Shown here one piece after another: positions 11,151-21,106 of a DNA stretch of 64,000 nt (positions are counted from its first letter, which is position 1; each line of letters begins with the position of its first letter). The position numbers were made by a program, and so were the translations under genes. This DNA comes from an uncultured Candidatus Sumerlaeota bacterium. GTDB taxonomy: Bacteria > CAYMEV01. The stretch is taken from contig CAYMEV010000003.1 in NCBI GenBank assembly GCA_964389675.1, positions 65,109 through 129,108 on the forward strand. Direction: 5' to 3'. The notes below the pieces were generated by a model that was given only the letters and a program-made list of their open reading frames with translations, did not search any database and had not been told where the DNA came from.

Positions 11151-12275
11151 TTATGAAAATATGCTTAAAAGAACACCGGCTGCAATAGCGCTTCCGATCA
11201 CACCCGCTACATTGGGACCCATGGCATGCATTATAAGATAATTGGTAGGGTCTTCCTTTGCTCCGACATTCTGAACTACCCTTGCAGAAAGAGGCACAGC
11301 CGATACCCCTGCAGCCCCGATAAGCGGGTTCACCTTGTTTTTGCAGAAGATATTCATTATTTTTGCAAAGACCACTCCACTGGCTGTTGCAATAGAGAAT
11401 GCAATGGCACCCAGCAGTAATATCCCCAGAGAAGAAACGCTCAGGAACCTTCCTGCCTCTGTTGATGCTCCTACCGTAAAACCCAGCATTATGGTAACAG
11501 AGTCAATTAGAGCATTTCTGGCGGTATTTGCCAGTCGTTCAGTTACTCCCGATTCCTTCAGAAGGTTGCCGAAGAACAGCATACCTAAAAGCTCAAGTGA
11601 GGCCGGGACCATCAGAGTACAGACAATCAACCCGAGTATGGGGAAAAGTATCTTTTCAGTCTTTGAAACCTGCCTTAATGGTTTCATTCTGATCAGCCTC
11701 TCCTTCCTGGTAGTAAGGAGCTTCATTATAGGGGGCTGGATCACAGGGACAAGGGCCATATAAGAGTATGCAGCTATGGCGATTGCTCCAATAAGCTCCG
11801 GTGCCAGTTTTGATGACAGGAAGATAGCTGTTGGCCCGTCTGCACCGCCTATTATGCCTATTGAGCTTGCTTCCAGAGGGTTGAACCCCAGAAAAAGGCC
11901 GCCTATTAATGTAATGAATATACCTATCTGAGCTGCTGCGCCAAGCAGAAAGAGCTTCGGGTTTGACAGCAGGGCTGTAAAATCAGTCATTGCACCCAGG
12001 CCCAGAAATATAATAGGTGGGAATATACCCTTTTTTACGCCGAAATAGATATAATTTAATACCGATCCTTCATCCCCTATGCCGATTGCCAGTTCTTTCG
12101 GATATGGGATATTCCCGACTATTATTCCAAGGCCTATCGGGATCAGAAGAAGGGGTTCAAAGCCCTTTTTTATAGCAAGATAGACTAGAACAAGCCCGAT
12201 AATTATCATTATTGTCCGGTCCAGAGTCAGGAGAGAGAATCCTGTCGATCGCAAAAAACCGAATATCATGTCCAT
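11151..12275 (-). CDS. Na+-translocating decarboxylase beta subunit (OadB/MmdB/GcdB family)
   Basis: Polytopic membrane protein with the family-typical N-terminus MDMIFGFLRSTGF..LTLDR..MIIIGLVLVYLAIKK and a conserved ...AMGPNVAGVIGSAIAAG tail. Confidence 0.9.
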   Translation of the reverse strand: MDMIFGFLRSTGFSLLTLDRTIMIIIGLVLVYLAIKKGFEPLLLIPIGLGIIVGNIPYPKELAIGIGDEGSVLNYIYFGVKKGIFPPIIFLGLGAMTDFTALLSNPKLFLLGAAAQIGIFITLIGGLFLGFNPLEASSIGIIGGADGPTAIFLSSKLAPELIGAIAIAAYSYMALVPVIQPPIMKLLTTRKERLIRMKPLRQVSKTEKILFPILGLIVCTLMVPASLELLGMLFFGNLLKESGVTERLANTARNALIDSVTIMLGFTVGASTEAGRFLSVSSLGILLLGAIAFSIATASGVVFAKIMNIFCKNKVNPLIGAAGVSAVPLSARVVQNVGAKEDPTNYLIMHAMGPNVAGVIGSAIAAGVLLSIFS

Positions 12276-12277
12276 AT

Positions 12278-12718
12278 TTATTCTCCTCCAATCTCAAACA
12301 GCGGATCGGATTCCAGGACATTCTGCCCTTCCCTGACATGTATCTTTTTTACCCTGCCATTAATAGGGGTTTGTATCTCATTTTCCATCTTCATTGCTTC
12401 CATCAGCAGGATACATTGTCCCGCCTTAACCTTTGCCCCTTCTTTTTCAGCTATTCTGGTTATGACTCCTGGTATCGGGGCCTTAATGACATTAAATGAG
12501 TGGGATGTCTTTGGAGATTCGGTCTTCTTTGCCTGCTCAAAGGCTGTGGAGATTGCCGGCTTAGTCCTGACCGATGTGATATCGACTGCCTGAGACTCCT
12601 TTTCAATGTTTACAGTATATTCAACGCCATTAACGATTATATCAGCTTTTTCTTCCGTTATGGATTTTATCTTAACCTCGTATGGATTTCCATTTATTAT
12701 TAGCTTATAATTTGACAT
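12278..12718 (-). CDS. Biotin carboxyl carrier subunit of the decarboxylase
   Basis: Biotinyl domain with the EAMKM motif (CILLMEAMKMENEIQ) near the C-terminus. Confidence 0.85.
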   Translation of the reverse strand: MSNYKLIINGNPYEVKIKSITEEKADIIVNGVEYTVNIEKESQAVDITSVRTKPAISTAFEQAKKTESPKTSHSFNVIKAPIPGVITRIAEKEGAKVKAGQCILLMEAMKMENEIQTPINGRVKKIHVREGQNVLESDPLFEIGGE

Positions 12719-12740
12719 CTGTTTACCCCTTCTATTATAT

Positions 12741-13427
12741 TTATCTGTTTTTTTGGTTTATTGACAATCTTCCGCTCATATTCCAGGGAGAGAACCTTCT
12801 GAATCTTCTGTCCCAGGTGAGGATCTGTTTCTGCTCCTCCTGGTAAACATTCAGGTGTATATATAATGCAGTTGAAATTGCGCTGATTAATTCGCCGGTT
12901 AAAGGAGCAGATGAAATTTCCTTATGAGTCTTACTGAATATCTTTTTCTTTCCAAAATCGAGAGTAACAGGCACCAGGGAGAATATTGCCGCAAGAAGGA
13001 TAAGCCCTGCAAAAACTGTAGATACTCCAATAGATGTCACGATAAAACCATCAACAGTGGAAATTTCTGCGAGAGCCTTTACATTCCTGGTTACATTATC
13101 ATCGGCTTTCATCTTCTTGAGGTCCCTGTAAATAGCCTTTACCTTCTCATGGTAAAGCATCCAGTTGTCGTCATAGGTTTTTGTGTCTTCCGAAAGCAGT
13201 TTACTTGTTTTATCAAGTACCTCAGTGATAAGGATGCGGATATTGTCAGGCAGTGATGATGTTCTGCTGAGATAATCCTTAAGGTTTGAGACTGCCGGAT
13301 TGATCTTTTTCTCTGCCCGGGCCCTGGCATGGAATTCCTCCTGTTCTTCCTCTGCAGATATTGACATGCCCGCTGTTAATACCAGTGCCAGCAATAAACA
13401 AGCTGTTATTATTCTGTTAATATTCAT
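12741..13427 (-). CDS. OadG-like small membrane subunit (delta/gamma) with an about 130-aa N-terminal signal-peptide extension
   Basis: The C-terminal 100 aa (DGFIVTSIGVSTVFAGLILLAAIFSL...ISAISTALYIHLN) resemble the OadG anchor subunit. The N-terminal half carries a signal peptide. The true start and the odd C-terminal tail are uncertain. Confidence 0.4.
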   Translation of the reverse strand: MNINRIITACLLLALVLTAGMSISAEEEQEEFHARARAEKKINPAVSNLKDYLSRTSSLPDNIRILITEVLDKTSKLLSEDTKTYDDNWMLYHEKVKAIYRDLKKMKADDNVTRNVKALAEISTVDGFIVTSIGVSTVFAGLILLAAIFSLVPVTLDFGKKKIFSKTHKEISSAPLTGELISAISTALYIHLNVYQEEQKQILTWDRRFRRFSPWNMSGRLSINQKNR

Positions 13428-13438
13428 ATTGTTTTCTC

Positions 13439-14989
13439 CTAAAGAGGGATATTGCCGTGCTTTTTCGGGGGATTTGAGTCCTTCTTGGATTCCAGGAGCT
13501 CAAATGCCCTGATAACCCGGAACCTTGTTTTGGATGGTATGATTATATCATCGATATATCCTCTTTCTGCAGCCGGGTATGGAGTTGCAAACATATCGCG
13601 GAATTCCTGCTCTTTCTGGGCTGTTAATTCTTCCTTGTTCTCACTTTTTGAGATATCCTTTGCATAAAGGATCTCTACAGCGCCCTTTGGCCCCATTACT
13701 GCTATTTCCGCTGCCGGCCAGGCATAGTTGATATCACCCCTGAGATGCTTGGAGCTCATGACGCAATAAGCACCGCCATAAGCCTTTCTTGTAATTATTG
13801 TAACTTTTGGGACCGTAGCTTCTGCATATGCGTATAAGATCTTTGCTCCATGGATTATTATCCCGTTATGCTCCTGGTTTGTACCTGGCATAAAGCCCGG
13901 GACATCAACAAGCGTCAGGATAGGTATATTAAAGGAATCGCAGAATCTTACGAACCTGGCGGCTTTCCTTGATGCATTTATATCCAGGACGCCTGCAAGA
14001 TACTTTGGCTGATTGGCTACAATCCCTACACTTTTGCCATGAAACCTGGCAAAACCGCATACAATATTGGGTGCAAATGTTTCGTGTATTTCAAGAAAAT
14101 CTGCTTCATCAGAAATCAGCCTGATTATCTCCTTCATATCATATGGTTTATTCGGATTATCAGGGACAATTTCATTCAGTTTTTCTTCTGCCCTGTCAAC
14201 AGGGTCTTTGCAGGGGATTATCGGCGGTTCCTCCAGATTGTTCTGCGGCAGATAGGACAACAGCTTCTTTATTATTGAGATGCCCTGAAGTTCATCATCT
14301 GCAAGTATATGCGAGACCCCGCTTTTTGAGCCGTGTATCATCGGGCCGCCAAGATAATCAGATGTCACATCTTCAGCGGTAACGGTCTTTACTACCTTTG
14401 GCCCTGTTACGAACATATATGAGGTATCCTTGCTCATGATTATGAAGTCTGTTATTGCAGGAGAATATACTGCACCTCCTGCACAGGGCCCGAAGATTGC
14501 GGATATCTGCGGGATTACACCTGATGAAGTAACATTCCTTAAGAATATATCAGCATATCCTGCAAGCGATTCCACTCCCTCCTGGATTCTGGCTCCGCCG
14601 GAATCGTTAATGCCTATTATAGGTACCCCCATTTTCAATGCCATTTCCTGTACCTTTATAATTTTTTCAGCAAAGGTCTCGGATAAGCTTCCTCCGAATA
14701 CTGTAAAATCCTGGCTGTATAGAAAAACAGGCCTCCCGTTGATGGTGCCGAATCCTGTGACAACTCCATCTGTCAGGATCTTCTGTTTTTCAAGGCCAAA
14801 ATTTGTACACCTGTGAGATTTGAACATATCAAATTCTTCAAAACTGTCTTCATCGACCAGTGCCTCGATTCTTTCTCTTGCTGTCAGTTTTCCTTTCTCA
14901 TGCTGTTTATCGATCCTCTTCTGGCCGCCCCCAAGCCTTGCAATTTCTCTCTTTTGCTGAAGCTCCAAAAGCTTTGACCTTATGTCCAT
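13439..14989 (-). CDS. Acyl-CoA carboxyltransferase alpha subunit (methylmalonyl-CoA decarboxylase MmdA / PccB-like)
   Basis: Close match to the MmdA/PccB family: [54 protein letters not shown]... and [12 protein letters not shown]. 516 aa. Confidence 0.9.
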   Translation of the reverse strand: MDIRSKLLELQQKREIARLGGGQKRIDKQHEKGKLTARERIEALVDEDSFEEFDMFKSHRCTNFGLEKQKILTDGVVTGFGTINGRPVFLYSQDFTVFGGSLSETFAEKIIKVQEMALKMGVPIIGINDSGGARIQEGVESLAGYADIFLRNVTSSGVIPQISAIFGPCAGGAVYSPAITDFIIMSKDTSYMFVTGPKVVKTVTAEDVTSDYLGGPMIHGSKSGVSHILADDELQGISIIKKLLSYLPQNNLEEPPIIPCKDPVDRAEEKLNEIVPDNPNKPYDMKEIIRLISDEADFLEIHETFAPNIVCGFARFHGKSVGIVANQPKYLAGVLDINASRKAARFVRFCDSFNIPILTLVDVPGFMPGTNQEHNGIIIHGAKILYAYAEATVPKVTIITRKAYGGAYCVMSSKHLRGDINYAWPAAEIAVMGPKGAVEILYAKDISKSENKEELTAQKEQEFRDMFATPYPAAERGYIDDIIIPSKTRFRVIRAFELLESKKDSNPPKKHGNIPL

Positions 14990-15167
14990 AAAATTGCTCC
15001 TTTTATATAATTATAAAACGATTTAATTACTCTGGTTTTAATATAAATAAGTTTTGTTAAATCTATAAATAATTCTTGATGTTTTGTCAAAATTATTTTA
15101 CTTTAGGAGGCATTAATATCTTTAATATCTTGAAACTAACTGGAACTGGACCTCAGATGGCTATATT

Positions 15168-17168
15168 ATGAGTATTGTATTAATATTCCCTCCGACATGG
15201 GATGTCAGCCTGCCATACCTTTCTCTGCCATGCCTTTCAGCATACCTGAAAAAACTTGGGGTTGAAGTATGTTCCATTGATGCAAATATAGAATCCTTTT
15301 ATTTTCTTCTGGAAACGTCTAACCTGGAAGAAGTGAAGGAATATATAACCGGAAAGATCAGAAACCCGCTGGATAAAAAGCATGAGGTCTTCATAAGGAG
15401 AGCCCTTGCAACATGTGATTTTATCATTGAAAAAAAGGATGAAGCTCTTGATTTCTTCAGGATCCCGGAAAACCTCAATAATTATCAGGGGCTCCTGTGG
15501 GCCAGCGATATCATTGAACAGACAATGGACCTCTATACGGCAAGGTATTACCCTATGTATTTCACCCTGTACGGGATTATAAACATGGTGAAAAAGTTTA
15601 ATCCTGATGAGATCATTGACTTTGCTGAAAACCCTTCCTATCCACTGGCAGTGTTCTACCGGGACAGGCTTCTGCCCCGGATAGAGGCTGAAAAGCCATC
15701 AATTGTGGGCTTTTCCGCTATATCAAGGGACCAGATGCTGCATTCCGTCTATCTTGCAAATCTGATAAAGGGGCATTTTCCTGAAATCCATACCACTATC
15801 GGGGGTTGTTTTATCAATGTGATCTCAGAGAAGATAAAAAGGGATTTCTATCCTCTGGGCAAGTATTTTGATACTGTTATCTTCGGCCAGGGCGAGATTC
15901 CGCTCTATAATCTGTACAGAATTATAAATGAAAAGAGTGATTATGAGAAAGACAGGAGAAATATACTCTCTCTCAGCGGGAAAGAAACTCCCATGAAGCA
16001 CTGCAATCTTTCATCCGAATATAAGGATTTTCCAGTCCCTGACTTCAGCGATTTTCCACTTGATAAATATATCTCAAATGACATTATGCTTCCATATCAG
16101 ATGGCAAGCGGCTGTTATTATGGCAAATGTGCTTTTTGCAACAGCAAAAGCGCAACAGTGCCGGATTATACTGCCAAGAATCCATCGAAGGTATACCAGG
16201 ACCTTAAGGAACTGCAGAGCAGGTATAACTGCAGTATATTTCATATTAACGATGAAGCCCTGAACATCAATCTCTTCAGCAGTATTGCCGGGGACCTGTC
16301 AGGCCTTGGCCTGACTGTCTTTACTCAGGCACGTTTTGAGAAAGGGCTTGACAAGGAAAAACTGCTGAAACTTAAAAAGGCCGGAATAAAGAAGATAGCA
16401 TTCGGGTTTGAATCTGGGAATGAACGGGTGCTTGGCCTGATGGAAAAGGGTTATGACCTGAAAGATGCAGGGATCATACTTGAAAACTGCCATAGACTGG
16501 GAATAGAAGTCCATCTCTTTGGGATTATAGCCTTCCCTGGTGAAACAGATAAGGAAAGGGAAGACACTGTAAAATTTGTCAAGAATCTTTCATCTTATAG
16601 AAAATCTCTTATGTTCGGTTATTTTTTCCATACATTTCTAATGGAGTACAATTCAAAGGTCTACAGGAACCCTTCTGATTATGGCATAGCGGAGATAATT
16701 GACAGGGAAAAGTTTAATTTTTATGCTGATTACCGCCTGAAGGATGAAAAAGAGATAATTGACGGCGAGACATTTCTTGAAATTAGGGATAAAATCCATA
16801 AGGAACTCTACGACAGCAAACCGGTGTCATGCAGGACACCATTTTTCAGTGATATTGTCTATCTGCATCACTTTGAACGAAGGCAGTATACCGATATCAT
16901 TGGTAATAATGAAATGCCCTATGAAAAGAGGTTCATAACAAAGACAGTAATATCCGGAAAGGATGGGAATGCTCAGGACTACATATTCGATCTGCAGAAT
17001 AAGAACCTGTTTTCCGTTGACAGAACTATGCAGGATATTTTCAATGCCTTGTTAAAAAATAGTTCCGGGGATCTGTCTTTTATAGCTCAGGAACTGGGTA
17101 TTCCTAAAATAATAGTAAAGCAGAAGATCCGTGATCACGGCTTTGAGTTTCTGTTTGAAAAAGCCTGA
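15168..17168 (+). CDS. B12-binding radical SAM protein (class B) with a C-terminal extension
   Basis: N-terminal B12-binding-like segments (IVLIFPP...LPYLSLPCLSAYLKKLGVEVCSID and IVGFSAIS...TTIGGCF). A radical SAM cysteine cluster C-YYGK-C-AF-C, which is CX4CX2C rather than the usual CX3CX2C. The C-terminal about 90 aa are PqqD-like (FDLQNKNLFSVDRTMQDIFNALLKNSSGDLSFIAQELGIP). 666 aa. Confidence 0.8.
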   Translation: MSIVLIFPPTWDVSLPYLSLPCLSAYLKKLGVEVCSIDANIESFYFLLETSNLEEVKEYITGKIRNPLDKKHEVFIRRALATCDFIIEKKDEALDFFRIPENLNNYQGLLWASDIIEQTMDLYTARYYPMYFTLYGIINMVKKFNPDEIIDFAENPSYPLAVFYRDRLLPRIEAEKPSIVGFSAISRDQMLHSVYLANLIKGHFPEIHTTIGGCFINVISEKIKRDFYPLGKYFDTVIFGQGEIPLYNLYRIINEKSDYEKDRRNILSLSGKETPMKHCNLSSEYKDFPVPDFSDFPLDKYISNDIMLPYQMASGCYYGKCAFCNSKSATVPDYTAKNPSKVYQDLKELQSRYNCSIFHINDEALNINLFSSIAGDLSGLGLTVFTQARFEKGLDKEKLLKLKKAGIKKIAFGFESGNERVLGLMEKGYDLKDAGIILENCHRLGIEVHLFGIIAFPGETDKEREDTVKFVKNLSSYRKSLMFGYFFHTFLMEYNSKVYRNPSDYGIAEIIDREKFNFYADYRLKDEKEIIDGETFLEIRDKIHKELYDSKPVSCRTPFFSDIVYLHHFERRQYTDIIGNNEMPYEKRFITKTVISGKDGNAQDYIFDLQNKNLFSVDRTMQDIFNALLKNSSGDLSFIAQELGIPKIIVKQKIRDHGFEFLFEKA

Positions 17169-17232
17169 ATTATTAGATAATGATGAATATTAAAAGAGGA
17201 TATAGAATTATGAGGGGAATGAGCAGAAGAAA

Positions 17233-17817
17233 ATGAAATGCCCTGAATGCAGTGCGCAGATATATATTCATCCTTCTGCCCTTATGGCATACTGTGAATC
17301 ATGCAGCAGCATTATTGCAAATGATGGCAAGCTGATGGCTGGCCAGAAACTGGCCCATATTGCAAAGACCCCGACCCGGTTTTTAATTGGAAGAAAGATC
17401 AGCATTGATGGCATCATCTATGATATTTGCGGCTGTTCGAGGTTTGGGCATAAGCTTGGATTCTGGGATGAATGGCATCTGTTATCCGGTGATTCAGACC
17501 CCTCCCTGATAATAGAGAATGAGGGCCTGCATGTCATTTGCAGGAAAACAGAGGTTCTGCCTTTATTTAAATTTCAGCCTGTGAATAGATATGAAAGGGC
17601 AAATCTGGCAGGCTACGATACATTTGTCCAGGAGGCCGGCAAAGCAGTACTGATCGGTATGAAGGGCAATATTTTTGAAAAACTGCTGCCGGTATCTGAA
17701 TTTTATTTTATAAAAGGGCTGAGCGGTGATAAAGTAATCAATATGTCATTCTTTGATGACAGGACTGCTGTCAAGGAAGGCAGTCCCCTGAAGTATGACC
17801 AGATAAAAATAGAATAA
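17233..17817 (+). CDS. Zinc-ribbon protein, DUF4178-like
   Basis: N-terminal CPEC...CESC zinc ribbon. Paralog of the ORF at 18186. Found in a DUF350 context. Confidence 0.35.
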   Translation: MKCPECSAQIYIHPSALMAYCESCSSIIANDGKLMAGQKLAHIAKTPTRFLIGRKISIDGIIYDICGCSRFGHKLGFWDEWHLLSGDSDPSLIIENEGLHVICRKTEVLPLFKFQPVNRYERANLAGYDTFVQEAGKAVLIGMKGNIFEKLLPVSEFYFIKGLSGDKVINMSFFDDRTAVKEGSPLKYDQIKIE

Positions 17818-17833
17818 TGAAGGAGGAGCTATT

Positions 17834-18175
17834 ATGAAAAAATATGCTGCATATTTTCTGATCTTGCTTTTTATGTTTTTCAGCTTCAGTAATCTTTTAT
17901 TTGCCGAGAACGGCGGCAGGGATATCGGCAGTATGATACAGAGGGCTGACAGGAACAGGTCTAATCTTTCATCATTTATAAGGGAACTTGTTTCAAGCAT
18001 GATCTTCGGCCTGATAGGAATTCTTCTTGCTATCATAGGGTATAAGCTGTTTGACATAGTAACACCCTTTTCCCTGGCAAAAGAACTTGCTGAAGACCAG
18101 AATATTGCTGTTGGAATAGTTGTCGGAGCGATAATTATAGGTATCTCAATAATAGTATCAAAAGCGATCATTTAG
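17834..18175 (+). CDS. DUF350 family small membrane protein
   Basis: Signal or TM segment, then the DUF350-like pattern GLIGILLAIIGYKLFDIVTPFSLAKELAEDQNIAVGIVVGAIIIGISIIV. RBS ggagg upstream. Confidence 0.5.
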   Translation: MKKYAAYFLILLFMFFSFSNLLFAENGGRDIGSMIQRADRNRSNLSSFIRELVSSMIFGLIGILLAIIGYKLFDIVTPFSLAKELAEDQNIAVGIVVGAIIIGISIIVSKAII

Positions 18176-18185
18176 AAAAAACCTG

Positions 18186-18830
18186 ATGATGCCTGTTTTA
18201 GAAAATGTCGTCTGCACGGTATGCGGAGCTTATAATAAGCTGTGCAATCCCAGGTCCATGTCTGTTGTCTGCCGCAGCTGCAGGTCTCTTATCGACCTTA
18301 AAGGCGATGCCTGTCAGATTATTGGAAGATTCCCCGGGCATTTCCATAAACTGCCCCTTCATACAGGCTGGGAAGGAGTATATGCCGGGGAGAGCGTAAA
18401 GGTGGCAGGCAGGCTCAGATATGTTCTTGGCCTTAAGAAAAGAGATGATTATTATATCCTTTCTGAAGGGGGAAGGAACCTTCTGCTCATGGCCTGCGAC
18501 GGCAAACCGGCTTTCTATGAATTAATCATGCCGATTGAGGCCATAGATCCGTATGATATAAAGAAAAGTCTTGTGATTGATAATAAAGAACAGGCCATAA
18601 TTTCCAGCGGGATGGGAAGAATAGTACAGGCTGACGGTGAGGTCATCTGGAAAATAAGCAGGAATGATTACCTGGGATGGGTAGAGACAGCTGACTATGC
18701 GATCAGGTTCAGCAGGTATAATGTACGATACTATCGGTGCCTTGGCAGGAGCTGGATCGGTATCAGGGACATATTCGGCAGCCTTGACAGGACACCATAT
18801 ACTGAAGTATTTCTCAAAAGTGGCCTTTAA
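18186..18830 (+). CDS. Zinc-ribbon protein, DUF4178-like (paralog of 17233)
   Basis: N-terminal CTVC...CRSC zinc ribbon. Shares the downstream architecture of 17233, including the LSEGGRNLLLMACDG segment versus IENEGLHVICRK. Confidence 0.35.
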   Translation: MMPVLENVVCTVCGAYNKLCNPRSMSVVCRSCRSLIDLKGDACQIIGRFPGHFHKLPLHTGWEGVYAGESVKVAGRLRYVLGLKKRDDYYILSEGGRNLLLMACDGKPAFYELIMPIEAIDPYDIKKSLVIDNKEQAIISSGMGRIVQADGEVIWKISRNDYLGWVETADYAIRFSRYNVRYYRCLGRSWIGIRDIFGSLDRTPYTEVFLKSGL

Positions 18831-18983
18831 CAGCAATTCTGAAATGGGCAGGGGCATGTGCAGGGTATTATAATAAAACTTTGCCGGGAAAACTGGAAAT
18901 ATGGTTTTCTTACACAGGGTTCTCTGCAGGGGTATAAAAAAATTGTTAATCAGTAACAGATATGATACCATTGATCAGCTGAA

Positions 18984-19967
18984 ATGAAAGAGTCAAAAAA
19001 ACCTGACAAGAAGAAACTGCTTAAAGAGCTGGTCGAGACCAATATAGAGAACAGGAAATCCCCCAAAAGAAAAGGCATGTACCGAAGGCAATCCTCCTCC
19101 GGAGTTATTACTGATACCCTGAACATAGAATCATTTATCATTTCCTTTTTCATAATACTGCTTCTGGGAGTTTTCCTCTACAACTCGAACATTTTCCCTG
19201 AAAGGACTGAATCTGAGAATGACCTTTACAGATTTAACGCTGATATTGTCAGAAAAAACCATGAGCAGTTTACTATCAGTGACCTGTTTAAATTCGGTGT
19301 TTCAACAATAATCATAGACCCTGGCCATGGGGGCAGGGATCCGGGGACTGTCTCATCCTCCGGCCTGCAGGAAAAGGATATAGTGCTTGACATTGCTCTA
19401 TACCTCAAAGAAATACTGATTAAAAATACCCCTTTTAATATAATCATGACAAGGGATTCTGATGAAACATTAAGCCTGAGCAAAAGAGCGGCAATTGCAA
19501 ATTCTGCCAACGGCGACCTTTTCATATCAATTCATCTGAATTATTCTTCCTATACATGGTTTTCAGGCATAGAAACCTATGTTCTTGGAATTGCGGATGA
19601 TACGGATGCATTGGAAACAGCATCCCTTGAGAACTTTTCCGAAAATCTGACGGTATCCGAGATGAATGATATTCTGGAAAGGATAAAAAAGGATTTCATA
19701 TCCCAGGAGAGCAGCAGGTTTGCAGGTTTTATGCAGAAAAACCTTGTAGAATCACTTAAAAGCTATAATAATAAGCTTAAGAACATAGGAGTTAAAAAGG
19801 CCCCTTTTGTTGTCCTTGCAAAGGTAAAGATGCCCAGTTCGCTGATCGAAGTTGCGTTTTTATCAAGCAAAAAGGATGAGAAGCTCCTGAAAGACCCTTT
19901 ATATCTCAGAGATATTGCAGAGGGGATATACAGGGGTATTATTGAGTATCTGGAAAATGAGGATTAA
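18984..19967 (+). CDS. N-acetylmuramoyl-L-alanine amidase (Amidase_3, AmiC-like), membrane anchored
   Basis: N-terminal TM segment, then the Amidase_3 core IIIDPGHGGRDPGT...DLFISIHLN. Confidence 0.85.
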   Translation: MKESKKPDKKKLLKELVETNIENRKSPKRKGMYRRQSSSGVITDTLNIESFIISFFIILLLGVFLYNSNIFPERTESENDLYRFNADIVRKNHEQFTISDLFKFGVSTIIIDPGHGGRDPGTVSSSGLQEKDIVLDIALYLKEILIKNTPFNIIMTRDSDETLSLSKRAAIANSANGDLFISIHLNYSSYTWFSGIETYVLGIADDTDALETASLENFSENLTVSEMNDILERIKKDFISQESSRFAGFMQKNLVESLKSYNNKLKNIGVKKAPFVVLAKVKMPSSLIEVAFLSSKKDEKLLKDPLYLRDIAEGIYRGIIEYLENED

Positions 19968-20038
19968 AAAACTATTGCAAAAGATTTAATTATTTAGTAT
20001 AAAATCTTTTAGAGTGTTATTAAATTAGGAGATGAAAA

Positions 20039-21106
20039 ATGACCGATTCTAAAAACAGCAGTACCAAGAAGAAATCGCCTGAAACTCTCGATACAGTCTT
20101 TATTGGTATCGACCTGGGGACATCAAGAAGCGCTATTGTCACTAACAGCGGTTCCCAGCAATGGGTAAGGTCTATTATAGGCTGGCCGAAGGATTTTGTA
20201 TCAAAGAAGCTTCTTAAAAAACCTGTCCTTATAGGTGATGAGGTTTTTGAACATAAGCTTGCCCTTGATATTTACAGACCCCTTGAGAGAGGTATTATAA
20301 AAACAGGCAGTGATAAAAGCGAGGAATCTGCATTATTACTGGTAAAACATCTTGTCAGCAGCGGCCTTGAAGCCATCAAGGAATATCAAAAAGCCTTTGC
20401 AGTAGTAGGAGTACCTTCAATGGCTTCAGAAGCCAACAGGGACTCGATAAAGCACTCACTCAAAGGACTCGTGAACGGCCTTATGATCGTAACTGAGCCT
20501 TTTGCTGTTGCATACAATGAAGACAGCCTGTCAAACAGCATCATAATAGATATCGGGGCCGGAACATGTGATTTCTGCATTATGCATGGTACCATTCCCG
20601 GAGATGATGATCAGGTAACCATCTATGAAGCTGGCGATTATATTGATGACCAGCTTTTTGACAGCCTTCTGGAAACATATCCGGAAGCACAGTTCACCAA
20701 GCACATGGCAACAATGTGGAAGGAAAAATACTCTTTTGTAGGAGACCCTCCAGAGCCAGTAAAGGTAACAATGCCGGTAAAAGGAAAACCTGTGACTTTT
20801 GACATCACCGATAATATAAGAAAATCCTGTGAATCCATAGTACCGTCCATAGTGGAAGTAATAAAAGACCTTATTGCGAATTTTGACCCTGAATTCCAGG
20901 AGGAAGCCAGAAATAATATTATAATTGCAGGGGGATGCAGTTCTATACGGGGATTACCGGAATACATAGAGGACAATCTGAGTGAGATTGGCGGTGCCAA
21001 GGTCAGGACAGTAAAGGACCCTCTTTACTGCGGTGCCACGGGAGCCCGTATGATAGCAGAGGATACCCCTATGGAAGACTGGGCAAAGCTTGCAAAATCA
21101 AAATGA
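20039..21106 (+). CDS. MamK-family actin-like ATPase
   Basis: Recalled sequence similarity along the whole length to Magnetospirillum MamK: GIDLGTSRSAIV, GWPKDF...GDEVFE...DIYRPLERGII, IIIDIGAGTCDF, KEKYSFVGDP, AGGCSSIRGLPEYIEDNL and VKDPLYCGATGA. Confidence 0.75.
   Translation: MTDSKNSSTKKKSPETLDTVFIGIDLGTSRSAIVTNSGSQQWVRSIIGWPKDFVSKKLLKKPVLIGDEVFEHKLALDIYRPLERGIIKTGSDKSEESALLLVKHLVSSGLEAIKEYQKAFAVVGVPSMASEANRDSIKHSLKGLVNGLMIVTEPFAVAYNEDSLSNSIIIDIGAGTCDFCIMHGTIPGDDDQVTIYEAGDYIDDQLFDSLLETYPEAQFTKHMATMWKEKYSFVGDPPEPVKVTMPVKGKPVTFDITDNIRKSCESIVPSIVEVIKDLIANFDPEFQEEARNNIIIAGGCSSIRGLPEYIEDNLSEIGGAKVRTVKDPLYCGATGARMIAEDTPMEDWAKLAKSK

Noticed and set aside
14990-15167. A RiPP precursor peptide ORF next to the B12 radical SAM gene
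   Set aside because: Only trivial ORFs (for example MAIL*, 4 codons) occur in the intergenic regions flanking the radical SAM gene, with no credible leader/core peptide. A precursor, if any, must lie elsewhere or the substrate is a protein.
20039-21106. A magnetosome gene island around the MamK-like gene
   Set aside because: No mamA, B, E, M, O, P or Q-like genes (TPR, CDF transporter, HtrA or magnetochrome proteins) lie within tens of kb. The neighbours are an amidase, birA and nadC, so only a lone MamK-like actin can be claimed.
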